From a virus: 64,000 bases of DNA. The DNA lies in IMG/VR virus record IMGVR_UViG_3300018876_000008, positions 105,338 through 169,337 of that record; one strand, 5' to 3'. The position numbers were made by a program, and so were the translations under genes. Shown here one piece after another: positions 1 through 10,167 of the stretch (within the stretch, counting starts at the first letter, position 1; the number at the start of each line of letters is the position of its first letter). A model generated the notes under the pieces. That model did no database searches. It was not told the DNA's origin and saw only the letters and a program-made list of their open reading frames with translations.

Positions 1-873
1 TATTATGATTAATGGTCATCATCTTTCTGTCCTAAAAGAGTATGACTCTAAGGGTGTCAGTATATAAATTTCTAAATTTTTTTGTGTCTACATTTCTCAG
101 GCGGGGGGTCTTTAAAAAACTTTCTATTGTAAACCTCAAGGTTATAACTCCAAAGTTTCTTCAATATATTATATAAGAGATTCATTTATATAGAGTCCAT
201 AAGATAATACCCACTCTTTACATATACACAGTAAAAGAAAGGGGTATTGTATGGATATACATATAAAGGTTAAGAAAAGGGGGTATCTATATGAGTAAAC
301 ATATAATCCCTAATAAAAGGGTGTGGAGTATAGTCTATTATATAATACACTACCTATAATTCTCCGTAAGGAGAAGAAAACCAAAGTGTAGTGTGAGTAT
401 AGACTCATATAAGAACACCCTCTTAATAGAAAATCACCCAAAATCACGGTTTCATCTACGAAACACTCTACAAAACACCACTTAGAACACCATTAACCGA
501 TATATAGGGATGGTGCCCACTAGTATTTCTAAATAGGGGATTCCGACAGTAAGGGAGGGGGTTATGACCATTAGTGAACATAATCACCTAAAAGTATAAC
601 TAAATGGGGATTTCACCGATGAAAACAAAGATTTTTTAGGTATCTGTCGGAATAAACTCTTTGGAAATATTATTAAATGGTGTAAAACTAATGATTTAAT
701 ATACTTAATTAATCATTCATATGCCGGAATCGGTTCCTTCGGACCTCTTTCTCGACCTTCGGTCGGTCTTTTTTCTTCTAAAAAATTTTTTTTTAACGGG
801 TCCTTCGTCCCGTATTATTTACACCTTTTTAAGAAAGTCTTTAAACATAAAGGGGTCACATATATTTATAGTT

Positions 874-1395
874 ATGGATTTTAATTTAATGAGTGACATG
901 TTTAATAGAATAATGCCTAAATCATATGAAGATTTATCTAAGTATTCTAATATGGTTATGGACCATACTTTATTAGATGGTAAGATAAAGAATATTGAAT
1001 TAAAGTTTGAACCTTCTAAAGAACCTATTAAATATGGTGGATGGGAAATGAGACAACCCGGTACTTTAGTTGTTAATGTATTTTTAAATACAGAAAATTT
1101 TTATGGAATATCTGATAGTATACCAGGGATAGAAAAGACATATGAATTAATGCCTGAACTTGAAGCCGACACTTTTTTAGAATTTAATGGATACGAATTT
1201 ATAAAAAACATAATCTTCCCATATATTTCAAAAAAGTTTCTTAGATTATTAGGGTTGTCATTTAATGATATCCCTTATATAGAATTTAATCTTATTAATC
1301 ACAAAGGTGATGTTTTAGTTAATTACGAAGAAGATTTGGATACGTATGTTAGACCTTATTTGTTTGACAAACGTTTGTGGAAAAAAATAGATTAA
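874..1395 (+). CDS. hypothetical protein (late-motif class)
   Basis: ORF 721..1395; start moved to the in-frame ATG at 874, just after TATATTTATA (861-870). Confidence 0.7.
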   Translation: MDFNLMSDMFNRIMPKSYEDLSKYSNMVMDHTLLDGKIKNIELKFEPSKEPIKYGGWEMRQPGTLVVNVFLNTENFYGISDSIPGIEKTYELMPELEADTFLEFNGYEFIKNIIFPYISKKFLRLLGLSFNDIPYIEFNLINHKGDVLVNYEEDLDTYVRPYLFDKRLWKKID

Positions 1396-2273
1396 AGTTC
1401 GTACTTACCTTTATTGGTTTCTAACCAATTAACAAACATATCTAATACTTCAAAGTCAACGTCCTCAAGGTATTCACCATAATTTAAATTATTTAAACCA
1501 TCATAAGATGGTAAAGTAACTTGAATTAATACTGATATATTTTCAGTGAAAATATTATCATAGACCATACCTGAATCGTATAGCATATCATAAAATGATG
1601 AGAATATATCACCATCAACGTTAAAGTGTCTATCTCTTGATTCTTCAGTAACTAAATTAGATATTAATTCAAAAATATAATCAGGAGAAACCTCTTCAGA
1701 TATACCTTCAACACTCTCTATAAAATCGTTAATAGTTTTACGAGTAAACGGATTACCATTTAATTTTAATAATTCAGGATTATTTATTATTGCATCAAAA
1801 CGAATAAAATCTTCATCCTCTAATTCAAAATAATAATTTATTTTACTATTGTATCCTTCTAATAGTAAACTCTTAACAGTAGAGTTTAAAGGGAGTGTAA
1901 CTTTAAAGTATTTAGTTATGTTTTTATAGTAATCTTGAATATTATTTTTAAGTTTATCACTTAAAGTTAAATTATTCCCAATTTTTTTACCATTTAAAAT
2001 CACATTTCTAATATAAAAAGTTTTATTTAGAACTTTAGGTATATTGAAATAGGGTGAGTCTTTCATAAAAAGAGAAACAAACATATCTGAAAACATGACT
2101 TTAGTTAATATTGGTACAGGAAAATCTCCTTCCACAAAGATATCGATTGGTCTCAAACCATTATCAGGTTCTTTCTCTCCCAATTCATAAGTTATATCCA
2201 TACCCATATACTTAGAACGAGTTTGGTTCATAAATTGAATTAACATGTCGAATTTGGTATCCATTTCACTCAT
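1392..2273 (-). CDS. hypothetical protein
   Basis: 293-aa ORF; TATTTAT motif on the minus strand at 2279-2285. Confidence 0.75.
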   Translation of the reverse strand: MSEMDTKFDMLIQFMNQTRSKYMGMDITYELGEKEPDNGLRPIDIFVEGDFPVPILTKVMFSDMFVSLFMKDSPYFNIPKVLNKTFYIRNVILNGKKIGNNLTLSDKLKNNIQDYYKNITKYFKVTLPLNSTVKSLLLEGYNSKINYYFELEDEDFIRFDAIINNPELLKLNGNPFTRKTINDFIESVEGISEEVSPDYIFELISNLVTEESRDRHFNVDGDIFSSFYDMLYDSGMVYDNIFTENISVLIQVTLPSYDGLNNLNYGEYLEDVDFEVLDMFVNWLETNKGKYEL

Positions 2274-2328
2274 AACCTATAAATAGTTACGTAAAACATA
2301 TTTAACCGAACAACTAATATTTATTAAT

Positions 2329-2691
2329 ATGAGTAACAAAGTTGCATTAGAGTTATTAAGGGACTTTTTCATGATGCTTGGGCCCAAGAGACCTACCGAG
2401 TTTTATAACTTTGTGGTGACCCCTTATAAGGATTATAAGGAGGGTTCTCACGTTATATCTTTTAACCTATCAGATAAGTTAAAGGAAGAGTTGAATATTG
2501 ATATAAATATGTTACCATTAAGTGCCAGTTCTTTAGAGAATTTGATTTTGTCTCACATGACTAGTGAGACCGGAGTTAATCAAAAATTTATGAATCTAAT
2601 AGATTTTATTAAATCTTTACCTGATTTTAAAAAAAAGATTGACAACTATTTTGAAAAACAAAATATAGATATTATATTTGAGTTCCAATAG
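2329..2691 (+). CDS. hypothetical protein
   Basis: 120-aa ORF preceded by TATTTAT at 2318. Confidence 0.7.
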   Translation: MSNKVALELLRDFFMMLGPKRPTEFYNFVVTPYKDYKEGSHVISFNLSDKLKEELNIDINMLPLSASSLENLILSHMTSETGVNQKFMNLIDFIKSLPDFKKKIDNYFEKQNIDIIFEFQ

Positions 2692-2719
2692 TATTCCATA
2701 AATTATTTAAACAGAAAGA

Positions 2720-2935
2720 ATGGGAAATGCAGAGAAAATTAATCAACTTGAAAAACAGATTAAAGTTTTGGAGGATGAGAAATCAACTATACAAGAACAG
2801 TGTAGTCATAAAGAAACTCGTGTCCAATTCGAAAAAGGTACCAGTAATATGAGATTGTACTGCTGTGAATGTAATAGACAATTAGGTTTTCCTTCACAGA
2901 GCGAAATCGATAAATTTTTAAACGTAAAAAAATAA
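2720..2935 (+). CDS. small coiled-coil/zinc-ribbon protein
   Basis: CSH...CCEC motif after an N-terminal coiled coil. Confidence 0.6.
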   Translation: MGNAEKINQLEKQIKVLEDEKSTIQEQCSHKETRVQFEKGTSNMRLYCCECNRQLGFPSQSEIDKFLNVKK

Positions 2936-2938
2936 AAT

Positions 2939-3046
2939 ATGGCTTGTGAAAATTGTACGTGTAACAAAGACAAATGTCTTAACGAAGGTTGTACTTGCAC
3001 TAACTGTGAGTGTAAATTTATAGATAATACCTCTGAGGAGGTTTAG
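2939..3046 (+). CDS. metallothionein-like Cys-rich peptide (35 aa, not in ORF track)
   Basis: Manual translation MACENCTCNKDKCLNEGCTCTNCECKFIDNTSEEV*; 8 Cys in CxxCxC/CxC motifs; starts 3 nt after the upstream stop. Confidence 0.7.
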   Translation: MACENCTCNKDKCLNEGCTCTNCECKFIDNTSEEV

Positions 3047-3072
3047 GACCGCTTATGTTTATGGGCGATTTT

Positions 3073-3103
3073 AAGGGGGAAGGTTCGCTACCGTCTCCCT
3101 TTT
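3073..3103. terminator. hairpin between convergent genes
   Basis: AAGGGGGA-A-GGT-TCGCT-ACC-G-TCTCCCTTTT. Confidence 0.55.
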
Positions 3104-3862
3104 CTATTTTCTAAAACCTTTGATTTCTTTTCTGTTAACCACATCAATTAAACTCTTTAATTGGTTAACTCTATTAGATATAACTGATTGCATTAATTCT
3201 AAGGTTTCAATATCATATTCACCATTAACGAAGTTCATAAAATCCTCCGATTTTATTTCTGGCTGTACCTCAACATCTTCATTTAATTTTGATGTATCTG
3301 AGTTCATCGGTACTTCTTTAATGTCATCTACAATTTGTTCAGTATCCCAAGTGTCACCCCACTCCTCATATAAAAACTTACCATCAGATACGTCAATTTC
3401 ACGATAATCAATTTGTTTTTTGATAAACTCTTTTGAATATCCTTCAACAAATAATTTATAATAATCGCCTTTTCTACCGGTATATCTTTCTTCAGCTAAT
3501 ACTTCAAATTTTTTAAGAGTTGGTACGACATACTTAGTTTTATCAGTTTCACCATCACGAATTAGTTCAATATTTTCTAATATGAAATTTCCATATAAAT
3601 CTTCAATAATTCCATCAAATTTAGGTAAACCAAATAAAGATAAATTTTTAATAATTAAAGGTTTTAAACTTGTACTGTAATTTGAATCAGTAAAATCGAT
3701 ATCATCAAAATCTTCTACATAATCAAATGGTTCAGGGTTTTTTTCTTTTAAAAATAATAACATAGTTATAAGTGCGTCTATATTAATTGAAGGAGCAACA
3801 ACCTTTTTAAAACTTTGTTCTGTTATCATCATAATATTTTTGATTCTTTTAACTGTAGACAT
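3104..3862 (-). CDS. hypothetical protein with putative capsid-targeting N-terminus
   Basis: N-terminus KRIKNIMMITEQ; TATTTAT upstream (3881). Confidence 0.7.
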   Translation of the reverse strand: MSTVKRIKNIMMITEQSFKKVVAPSINIDALITMLLFLKEKNPEPFDYVEDFDDIDFTDSNYSTSLKPLIIKNLSLFGLPKFDGIIEDLYGNFILENIELIRDGETDKTKYVVPTLKKFEVLAEERYTGRKGDYYKLFVEGYSKEFIKKQIDYREIDVSDGKFLYEEWGDTWDTEQIVDDIKEVPMNSDTSKLNEDVEVQPEIKSEDFMNFVNGEYDIETLELMQSVISNRVNQLKSLIDVVNRKEIKGFRK

Positions 3863-3917
3863 GTATAGTTTTATTTTTAAATAAATATCTGAATATTTAT
3901 ATTAAAACAATACTAAA

Positions 3918-4772
3918 GTGAATTTTGAACAAATAGTACCCTTAATAAAAAAATTTATCGATAAGGTAGTTAATCTTGATAAAACATTATCAAAACCAAG
4001 CGCCGGATTTATTATTAATAGAATGTTAACACTACCAGGTGCTAGTAGATTAGTTAGGTCTTCTTTCAATAACAAAGAAATAGTTCAATTAGCATATGCA
4101 GTTTATTTCATGTTTAAAGGTAACAGTTTGGAAGCTGCAATATGGAAATCTAAAAATGATTTAAGTCTCTTAAAATTAAGAGAAGTTGGGGATTCATATA
4201 CATTAGAAATAGAATGTGAGGAATGTTATGGTGATGGCTATATAGATTGTGATGAATGTGAAGGTTCAGGTAATGAAGAATGTGAGGAATGTGAAGGTAC
4301 AGGGTTAGTTTATGACGTAGATGTATCTGATGAGGACATGGAGTGTCAGGAATGCGAGGGTACAGGACAACGTCCTTGTTGGACATGTTCGGAAAGTGGG
4401 GGACATGTTGATTGTGATAATTGTGTTGGTTCAGGGACTCATGATGATGATGAGGATACCGTATTTTATAATGATTCTGTTTGGGTAATCGGAAATCCTG
4501 AATTAAGTCAAAAATTAGATTCTTTAGAACAAGGTACATTTATTCCGAATATAGAGGAGTTATTAGATGAATATAAAGGGGATATAGTACTTTTATCGTG
4601 GGTTGAGGAAGCGGATAGTGAACCGATATATGATTTTGAAAGTACGTATGGAAATTATTCAGATTTACACAAAAGTGAATCTATTGAATTCTTAAGAGAT
4701 TATAAAGAGACTAGTCCATCTAGTTTTATAGAAAAACCCTCAAATAAAAATCTTATAGGTTATAGAATCTAA
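3918..4772 (+). CDS. DnaJ-type zinc-finger (CxxCxGxG repeat) protein
   Basis: Repeats CEECYGDG, CDECEGSG, CEECEGTG, CQECEGTG, CDNCVGSG; no J domain/HPD. Confidence 0.75.
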   Translation: MNFEQIVPLIKKFIDKVVNLDKTLSKPSAGFIINRMLTLPGASRLVRSSFNNKEIVQLAYAVYFMFKGNSLEAAIWKSKNDLSLLKLREVGDSYTLEIECEECYGDGYIDCDECEGSGNEECEECEGTGLVYDVDVSDEDMECQECEGTGQRPCWTCSESGGHVDCDNCVGSGTHDDDEDTVFYNDSVWVIGNPELSQKLDSLEQGTFIPNIEELLDEYKGDIVLLSWVEEADSEPIYDFESTYGNYSDLHKSESIEFLRDYKETSPSSFIEKPSNKNLIGYRI

Positions 4773-4777
4773 ATATT

Positions 4778-5059
4778 TTAGATTGAATACTTACTTATAA
4801 ATCTTTTTATTTTATTAATATTACCAAATGATTTTAATACGATAGTTCCCCCATCTCTAGTTATAGATACTGATAAATTATCCATATCGTAAATAATTTT
4901 ATGTGTATCATTTTCCTTTATTAACTTTTTATTGTTAAACGTACTTAATTTAAATCCTAAATTAATAAGATATTCTTGTATGTCATCTTTAGGAATAAAA
5001 GATGGTTCACTCTTTTTAATTCCAAATAAATTTTTTAAAAAATTAATCATCTCTCTCAT
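4778..5059 (-). CDS. hypothetical protein
   Basis: ORF in a tightly packed run. Confidence 0.6.
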   Translation of the reverse strand: MREMINFLKNLFGIKKSEPSFIPKDDIQEYLINLGFKLSTFNNKKLIKENDTHKIIYDMDNLSVSITRDGGTIVLKSFGNINKIKRFISKYSI

Positions 5060-5351
5060 CTATTAATGGGTATTCTTTATTGATGTGTTTTAGTCTGTTC
5101 TCCAACCAACTATTATAGGTTTCATCACTTTCTAAAATACCGTACCTATTTAATGTATCCCTTAAAATTGAAACTTCATTTCTAATATCATCCATTAATT
5201 TCCAAATGTAGGGAGGGGCTTTACTTACATTCTGAATACTTACACTGGTATGGTTTGCGGATTGCAAATATTTTCTTAATTCAGTATACATTTCGACAAT
5301 TTTATTGTCGGCTTTAGTTTTATCTAAAAATTTTTCCATTGAAGTACTCAT
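5043..5351 (-). CDS. hypothetical protein
   Basis: ORF with TATTTAT upstream (5356). Confidence 0.65.
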   Translation of the reverse strand: MSTSMEKFLDKTKADNKIVEMYTELRKYLQSANHTSVSIQNVSKAPPYIWKLMDDIRNEVSILRDTLNRYGILESDETYNSWLENRLKHINKEYPLIDERDD

Positions 5352-5371
5352 GACTATAAATATAGTCGAGT

Positions 5372-5626
5372 TTATAAAGTATGAAGTATATTTTTATAAA
5401 CTAATGAAAGATTTTCACCGCCAGTATTATTTTGATAAAATTCTAAATCTCCTGTATGTGTTGTGTCTTGAGACCAGTAAGTTTCTGTCTCATTTTTGAT
5501 AGTTTCGATAGTATAAGTTTCTATATTATCAATTTTAAGTACGTTAAATATTTCAGTTAAATCCTCTTTTGTGAATTTACCGTGTATTTGTATCGTTTTA
5601 GTTTTTAAATCTAATGTGAATTTCAT
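5372..5626 (-). CDS. hypothetical protein
   Basis: ORF coupled to the upstream stop. Confidence 0.6.
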   Translation of the reverse strand: MKFTLDLKTKTIQIHGKFTKEDLTEIFNVLKIDNIETYTIETIKNETETYWSQDTTHTGDLEFYQNNTGGENLSLVYKNILHTL

Positions 5627-5883
5627 TATTTTTCTTTAGTTTCTTTAGTTTCTATATTTTTAGTGAAACAATTACCTTCATTGATATTATTCCACAAATA
5701 GTATAGTAAAAAAACAGAAAGTAGTAAAGAAATTGATTCTACAATCCAAAATTCTTTGGAGTAACCACATTCACTTATAATATAACCTTTAAATGTATCA
5801 ACCACTGATAGTAGTGATAACCCAATAAAGATTAATATAACTTTTTGATACTTTAGACAAAATTTTAAATGTTTGTTAAACAT
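5626..5883 (-). CDS. small membrane protein (2 TM)
   Basis: Two hydrophobic segments; start moved to ATG 5883. Confidence 0.6.
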   Translation of the reverse strand: MFNKHLKFCLKYQKVILIFIGLSLLSVVDTFKGYIISECGYSKEFWIVESISLLLSVFLLYYLWNNINEGNCFTKNIETKETKEK

Positions 5884-5884
5884 G

Positions 5885-6508
5885 TTACAAATATACATCT
5901 AATGTGTCAGCATCAGTACTAAATTCGTCTATGAAATCCTGAGTGAATTTACCATCTTTTCTTAGATATTCAACAGGTATGTTACTAAAAACCCAATCTA
6001 AACAAAGTATAGCTACTAAATGCTTGTCTTTATCATATATCGGTACGGCGCAATGTCCTTTAGTTCCACTAGAATAAGCCAATGACCTCAAACCAATATC
6101 ATTCATATCTTCGATATTTGGAAAATACATATTATTTTCCATAACATCTTTTATGTAACTAGTAAAACTAGTGATTAAATGATTTTGATTTTTTTCGGCT
6201 TTTCGTTCTAATCCATCAGAACATCTTTCATAAGTAATTGATAATTTTTGCATAGGTGAAGTAGTATAAAAACTACCACCATTATGAAATTGCCATATAT
6301 ATACTCTATCGGCGTTATATCTTCGCCTAACGTCTCTTATTGCGAGATGTACTATTTCATCTCTTTTGATTTGTTCCATTAGTTTTTCTTTAGACTTATT
6401 TTTTTCTTGTTTTTCTCTCATTTGTCTAAAGAAACCTGCACCAACTAAAGCGACAATAATTGATGTTATAGAGGTTATTAAAACTTCCGTTATTCTTATC
6501 CAGTCCAT
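5885..6508 (-). CDS. N-terminal TM + GAF-like domain protein (T4 holin T-like architecture)
   Basis: TM helix then RVYIWQFHNGG...CAVPIYD...LVAILCLDW; late motif at 6529. Confidence 0.55.
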   Translation of the reverse strand: MDWIRITEVLITSITSIIVALVGAGFFRQMREKQEKNKSKEKLMEQIKRDEIVHLAIRDVRRRYNADRVYIWQFHNGGSFYTTSPMQKLSITYERCSDGLERKAEKNQNHLITSFTSYIKDVMENNMYFPNIEDMNDIGLRSLAYSSGTKGHCAVPIYDKDKHLVAILCLDWVFSNIPVEYLRKDGKFTQDFIDEFSTDADTLDVYL

Positions 6509-6541
6509 TAAATCGTAATTTATATCTTATAAATATGTGGT

Positions 6542-6781
6542 TTAGAGGACTTTTTTTGTTTTTTCAACTCTTTTAGTCCCAAAATTTACTTTGTACCACA
6601 ATCTCTCGTGTATAAAATAAAGAATCATCTTGGTTACAATCTCAAATGAACCGATAGTTAAACCAATTAGTGGGTCACCTGAAACAAACCATCCAATTAA
6701 CATTGTGTCAATAGTACCTACAATTCTCCATGTTATAGTTTTTAGTAGATGTCTTTTTACTGTTACTTTTGTTTTTACCAT
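6542..6781 (-). CDS. DUF2061-like membrane protein
   Basis: RHLLKTITWRIVGTIDT...LYFIHERLW signature. Confidence 0.8.
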   Translation of the reverse strand: MVKTKVTVKRHLLKTITWRIVGTIDTMLIGWFVSGDPLIGLTIGSFEIVTKMILYFIHERLWYKVNFGTKRVEKTKKVL

Positions 6782-6852
6782 ATAGTATAAGTATCTAAGT
6801 AAAAAATACTAAGTAAATAAATCCCCCACAATTAGGTGAGGGATTTAAAAAA

Positions 6853-7524
6853 TTACTTCTTACTACGAATCACCTCATCGATAATTCCATACTCTAAAGC
6901 CTCTTCCGATGATAACCACAAATCACGGGACGCATCCTGTTTTACTTTTTCGGGGTCTTTATCACAAAATTCACCAAGTAGGTTAAATAATGTGTCATTT
7001 AGTTTAGTCCATTCTTTCATTGTAATTTCAGCATCTTGAATGTTACCTACCGCACCTCCCGATGATTGATGTAACATTGTACGAGAAAATCTAAGTGATG
7101 AACGTTTACCTTTAGTTCCCGCTCCCAATAGAATTGAACCCATAGATGCCGCCATACCTGTATTTACTGTAACAATATCAGATTTAATGTAGTGCATAAC
7201 ATCGACCATTGAAAGTCCTGATTTAACCGAACCACCAGGTGAATCAATATGCATCGTTATATCCATATTATCGACAGAATCTAAATACATAAGTTGTGCT
7301 TGTACCACTGTTGACATTGCGTCATTAACAGGTCCTGCAACCCATAAAAGACGGTCTCTCATTAATCTTGAGAAGATATCTAATTGTACTGCCCTCATCT
7401 CTCTTTCTTCTAAAATGTAAGGGGTCATAGAACCCTCAAGTTCTTTTTTAATGTGATGCATTGTTAATGAAGATAAATTATGTTCACTCATTGCATACTT
7501 TTGAAAATCTTTTCCGTAATCCAT
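6853..7524 (-). CDS. clpP: ATP-dependent Clp protease proteolytic subunit
   Basis: DIFSRL, IDSPGGSV, catalytic AASMG, MLHQ, RDLW; Bacteroidota-type N-terminus MDYGKDFQKYA. Confidence 0.95.
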   Translation of the reverse strand: MDYGKDFQKYAMSEHNLSSLTMHHIKKELEGSMTPYILEEREMRAVQLDIFSRLMRDRLLWVAGPVNDAMSTVVQAQLMYLDSVDNMDITMHIDSPGGSVKSGLSMVDVMHYIKSDIVTVNTGMAASMGSILLGAGTKGKRSSLRFSRTMLHQSSGGAVGNIQDAEITMKEWTKLNDTLFNLLGEFCDKDPEKVKQDASRDLWLSSEEALEYGIIDEVIRSKK

Positions 7525-7597
7525 ATTTTTTTAATTTTAGTTCTACCGTTATATTTATAGTAACAAAGGTAAGTAAAAAAAACCAAATAGAAAAGAT

Positions 7598-8662
7598 ATG
7601 AGTTTAAATTTGAAAGAAGCTGCTGGAGTACCTAAAGGTATTGTTGATGCGGGTGAAAAACTATATAATGATTTTAAACAAAAGGTAGTTCCTATGTTAA
7701 AGGATGGTCAAACTGAATATGAAGTTAATTTTAAACCATCAGAACCATACAAAATAGGTGATGAAGAAATTAGTGATGTTGAGATTAATTTAACCCTTAG
7801 ACCTGATAGCGATAGTTATGGGGAAGCTAACATGCAAGTATTTAGAAAAAATACTTTGAAAAAAGTTGGTAATGAATATGTTCTAATGAAGGTTAATAAG
7901 AATGGTAAAGTTATATTAACTATTGATAAACCTGTACCTGAAGATTGGAATGTAAAAGATGTGATAAATTCTATTAATAACTCAAAAGTTCAAACAGTTA
8001 GCGCCTTATCACACGAATTAAAACATGAGTATGACGATTTAAAAACACCTCATATGGGAGTTGAAAAAGTTTCAGAATATCAATCAAATACTGAAATGTT
8101 TAACTTTCCAATTGCGCCAATCCAAAGAATGTTTTTTGATTTATATTATTTAGATGAAATAGAAAATTCAGTTAGACCCACGGAACTTTATGCTAAATTA
8201 AAAACTTTAGGTATAGGTAAATCAGGATTTTTAGATTACTTGAAAAAAGAATATTTCATTATTATGGAATCTATGAGATTTAGTGTTAATGAAATGATAA
8301 AGGAAATATATGGTAATATGAATTCAGTTGATGAGTTATTAAGTCAGGTAGATGGTTTAGGGGTACCTGTTTCTGAACTTAGTGACGATGAAAAAGTAAA
8401 TTTAGTTTTGAGGATTGCTTATATATCTGCGTCTAATACTCGAAGACAGAATTATGGAGACTCATTAGTTGACAATGATATTGAAACTGAAATAGGGTTT
8501 TTCGGAGACAAAGCCGTACAATTTGATAAGTATGAAAAAAGTTTTGGTAAGTACGAAGAAGATATTATGAAATTTTATCAAGACATCGAAAAATACTTAA
8601 AAAGAAGTTCCGCAAAAGTTATGAAGAAACTAGGGAAAGTTTATTCTCTACTCCCTGACTAA
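7598..8662 (+). CDS. HExxH zincin-like protein, putative virion protein
   Basis: SHELKHEYD motif; N-terminal LKEAAGV; late motif at 7552. Confidence 0.55.
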   Translation: MSLNLKEAAGVPKGIVDAGEKLYNDFKQKVVPMLKDGQTEYEVNFKPSEPYKIGDEEISDVEINLTLRPDSDSYGEANMQVFRKNTLKKVGNEYVLMKVNKNGKVILTIDKPVPEDWNVKDVINSINNSKVQTVSALSHELKHEYDDLKTPHMGVEKVSEYQSNTEMFNFPIAPIQRMFFDLYYLDEIENSVRPTELYAKLKTLGIGKSGFLDYLKKEYFIIMESMRFSVNEMIKEIYGNMNSVDELLSQVDGLGVPVSELSDDEKVNLVLRIAYISASNTRRQNYGDSLVDNDIETEIGFFGDKAVQFDKYEKSFGKYEEDIMKFYQDIEKYLKRSSAKVMKKLGKVYSLLPD

Positions 8663-9125
8663 ACCATTTAGGGGTTTTTCTATTTTTCCATTTAGAAAAA
8701 TAAGCTTTATCTCCGAGATAATAGTTTCTATAAGATTCTACAACAGATTTAACCTTATATTGGTTTGGCATTGCTTTAGGTGGTTCAGTAAAACCTTTAT
8801 CGGAAATGTTAGGTTTATTTACCACACACCATTCAATAACCTCCTGAGATTTGTGCTTACGACCATAACGGTAAGTGTATTCATAACATAACTCTAATCC
8901 TAATTCGCACAACCACAGATAATTGGTGATACTTTCACGTGCCCAAATAGAACATGGATGATTCTTATGTGATAATTTATAAGGTATCTCATTACTGATT
9001 GATTCTGTCATGTGATGTACTCCGCAAAGTAGTTGGGCGGATTCAAGTATCATTTTAACTACATGTTTGTCGTTGTGATATTCGGCACATTTCTTTACGT
9101 CTAAATCTAATACAAATATATTCAT
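8619..9125 (-). CDS. pyrimidine-dimer DNA glycosylase / endonuclease V-like
   Basis: MNIFVLD...DKHVVKMILESAQLL...HKNHPCSIWAR. Confidence 0.8.
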   Translation of the reverse strand: MNIFVLDLDVKKCAEYHNDKHVVKMILESAQLLCGVHHMTESISNEIPYKLSHKNHPCSIWARESITNYLWLCELGLELCYEYTYRYGRKHKSQEVIEWCVVNKPNISDKGFTEPPKAMPNQYKVKSVVESYRNYYLGDKAYFSKWKNRKTPKWFSQGVENKLSLVSS

Positions 9126-9162
9126 AGTGTTTATTTATTAATACAAATATAATAAAAAATGT

Positions 9163-9396
9163 TTAATTAAAGCCTAACTCTATCGACCGAAATGCTATTT
9201 TTTCAGAAATTAAATTCCACCTCTCTATTTCATTTACATGTGTTGAGTTAAATAAATCTATAACATCACTTGATAAGTCATCATTCATTACAAAGGCGTC
9301 CGCATGACCTAAATAAGTTTTTATCTCAGTTATCCCCCCTCTCCTGTATTTTTCAACTAATACTTCTTCTGTAATCCATCTTTTATGAAATCCCAT
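9163..9396 (-). CDS. hypothetical protein
   Basis: ORF in operon. Confidence 0.6.
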   Translation of the reverse strand: MGFHKRWITEEVLVEKYRRGGITEIKTYLGHADAFVMNDDLSSDVIDLFNSTHVNEIERWNLISEKIAFRSIELGFN

Positions 9397-9409
9397 AATT
9401 TTTATTTTT

Positions 9410-9949
9410 TTATAATCCTAAACTAAATGTTAATATGTAGTCAATAGTACTATCATTGACTTTTAAAGTTCGGTAATCTATAGAGTGTTTATCTAAGATA
9501 CCTTTAATTTTATTGTCGAACTCTAATGACTCTTTATAATCTTGAAATCTACCCTCATCTTGGAACACTTCAGGTCTATCTAAAAATATATTAATATTTT
9601 CGTATTGTTTAAAAATATTTAAAACCATATCGTCAAAAGTAGTATCGTATAATGCAGAGGGGTAACCATCTTCATAACCGTTTTTATAAGCTAACGACAA
9701 TAGTAGTGGAGAGTCTAAAATAATATAATCTACTTTACCATAAGACCTTACTATACCACGATGTTGACTTGCAAAAATAAAAAGTTGGTCATTTATTTGT
9801 GACGAGTTTTCTTCCCAAGCTACTTGTTTAGGGAATTCGTATGGATTATCACAGCTAATATTTCTTTTTTTTAATTCGTAAAATAATCCTGAAGTGATTG
9901 TTGATTTTCCTGAACCTGGACCACCGAATAGATTTATTATTTTAGTCAT
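9410..9949 (-). CDS. P-loop kinase/ATPase (NadR/AAA_28-like)
   Basis: IINLFGGPGSGKST Walker A; YIILDSPLL. Confidence 0.8.
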   Translation of the reverse strand: MTKIINLFGGPGSGKSTITSGLFYELKKRNISCDNPYEFPKQVAWEENSSQINDQLFIFASQHRGIVRSYGKVDYIILDSPLLLSLAYKNGYEDGYPSALYDTTFDDMVLNIFKQYENINIFLDRPEVFQDEGRFQDYKESLEFDNKIKGILDKHSIDYRTLKVNDSTIDYILTFSLGL

Positions 9950-9955
9950 CTTTTA

Positions 9956-10162
9956 TTAAAATATCTTGGTGAATAAATAAATAAGTCCCATTAAAAACAT
10001 ACCAACAAACCCAACAAATGCACCAATATAACTACTTCTCATCTGTAATTCAGTTTTACCTTGATTATCAAAAACACGTTCATCTACCGATTCTTTAGGT
10101 AATGGTTGTTTATATCCGTACTCTTTAGTCTGTCTTAATTCATTTATGGTTCTTTTCTTCAT
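9956..10162 (-). CDS. small membrane protein
   Basis: C-terminal TM helix. Confidence 0.55.
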   Translation of the reverse strand: MKKRTINELRQTKEYGYKQPLPKESVDERVFDNQGKTELQMRSSYIGAFVGFVGMFLMGLIYLFTKIF

Positions 10163-10167
10163 CTTTT

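Noticed and set aside
721-873. N-terminal 51 codons of ORF 721..1395
   Set aside because: Runs through hairpins and T tracts; the promoter motif points to ATG 874
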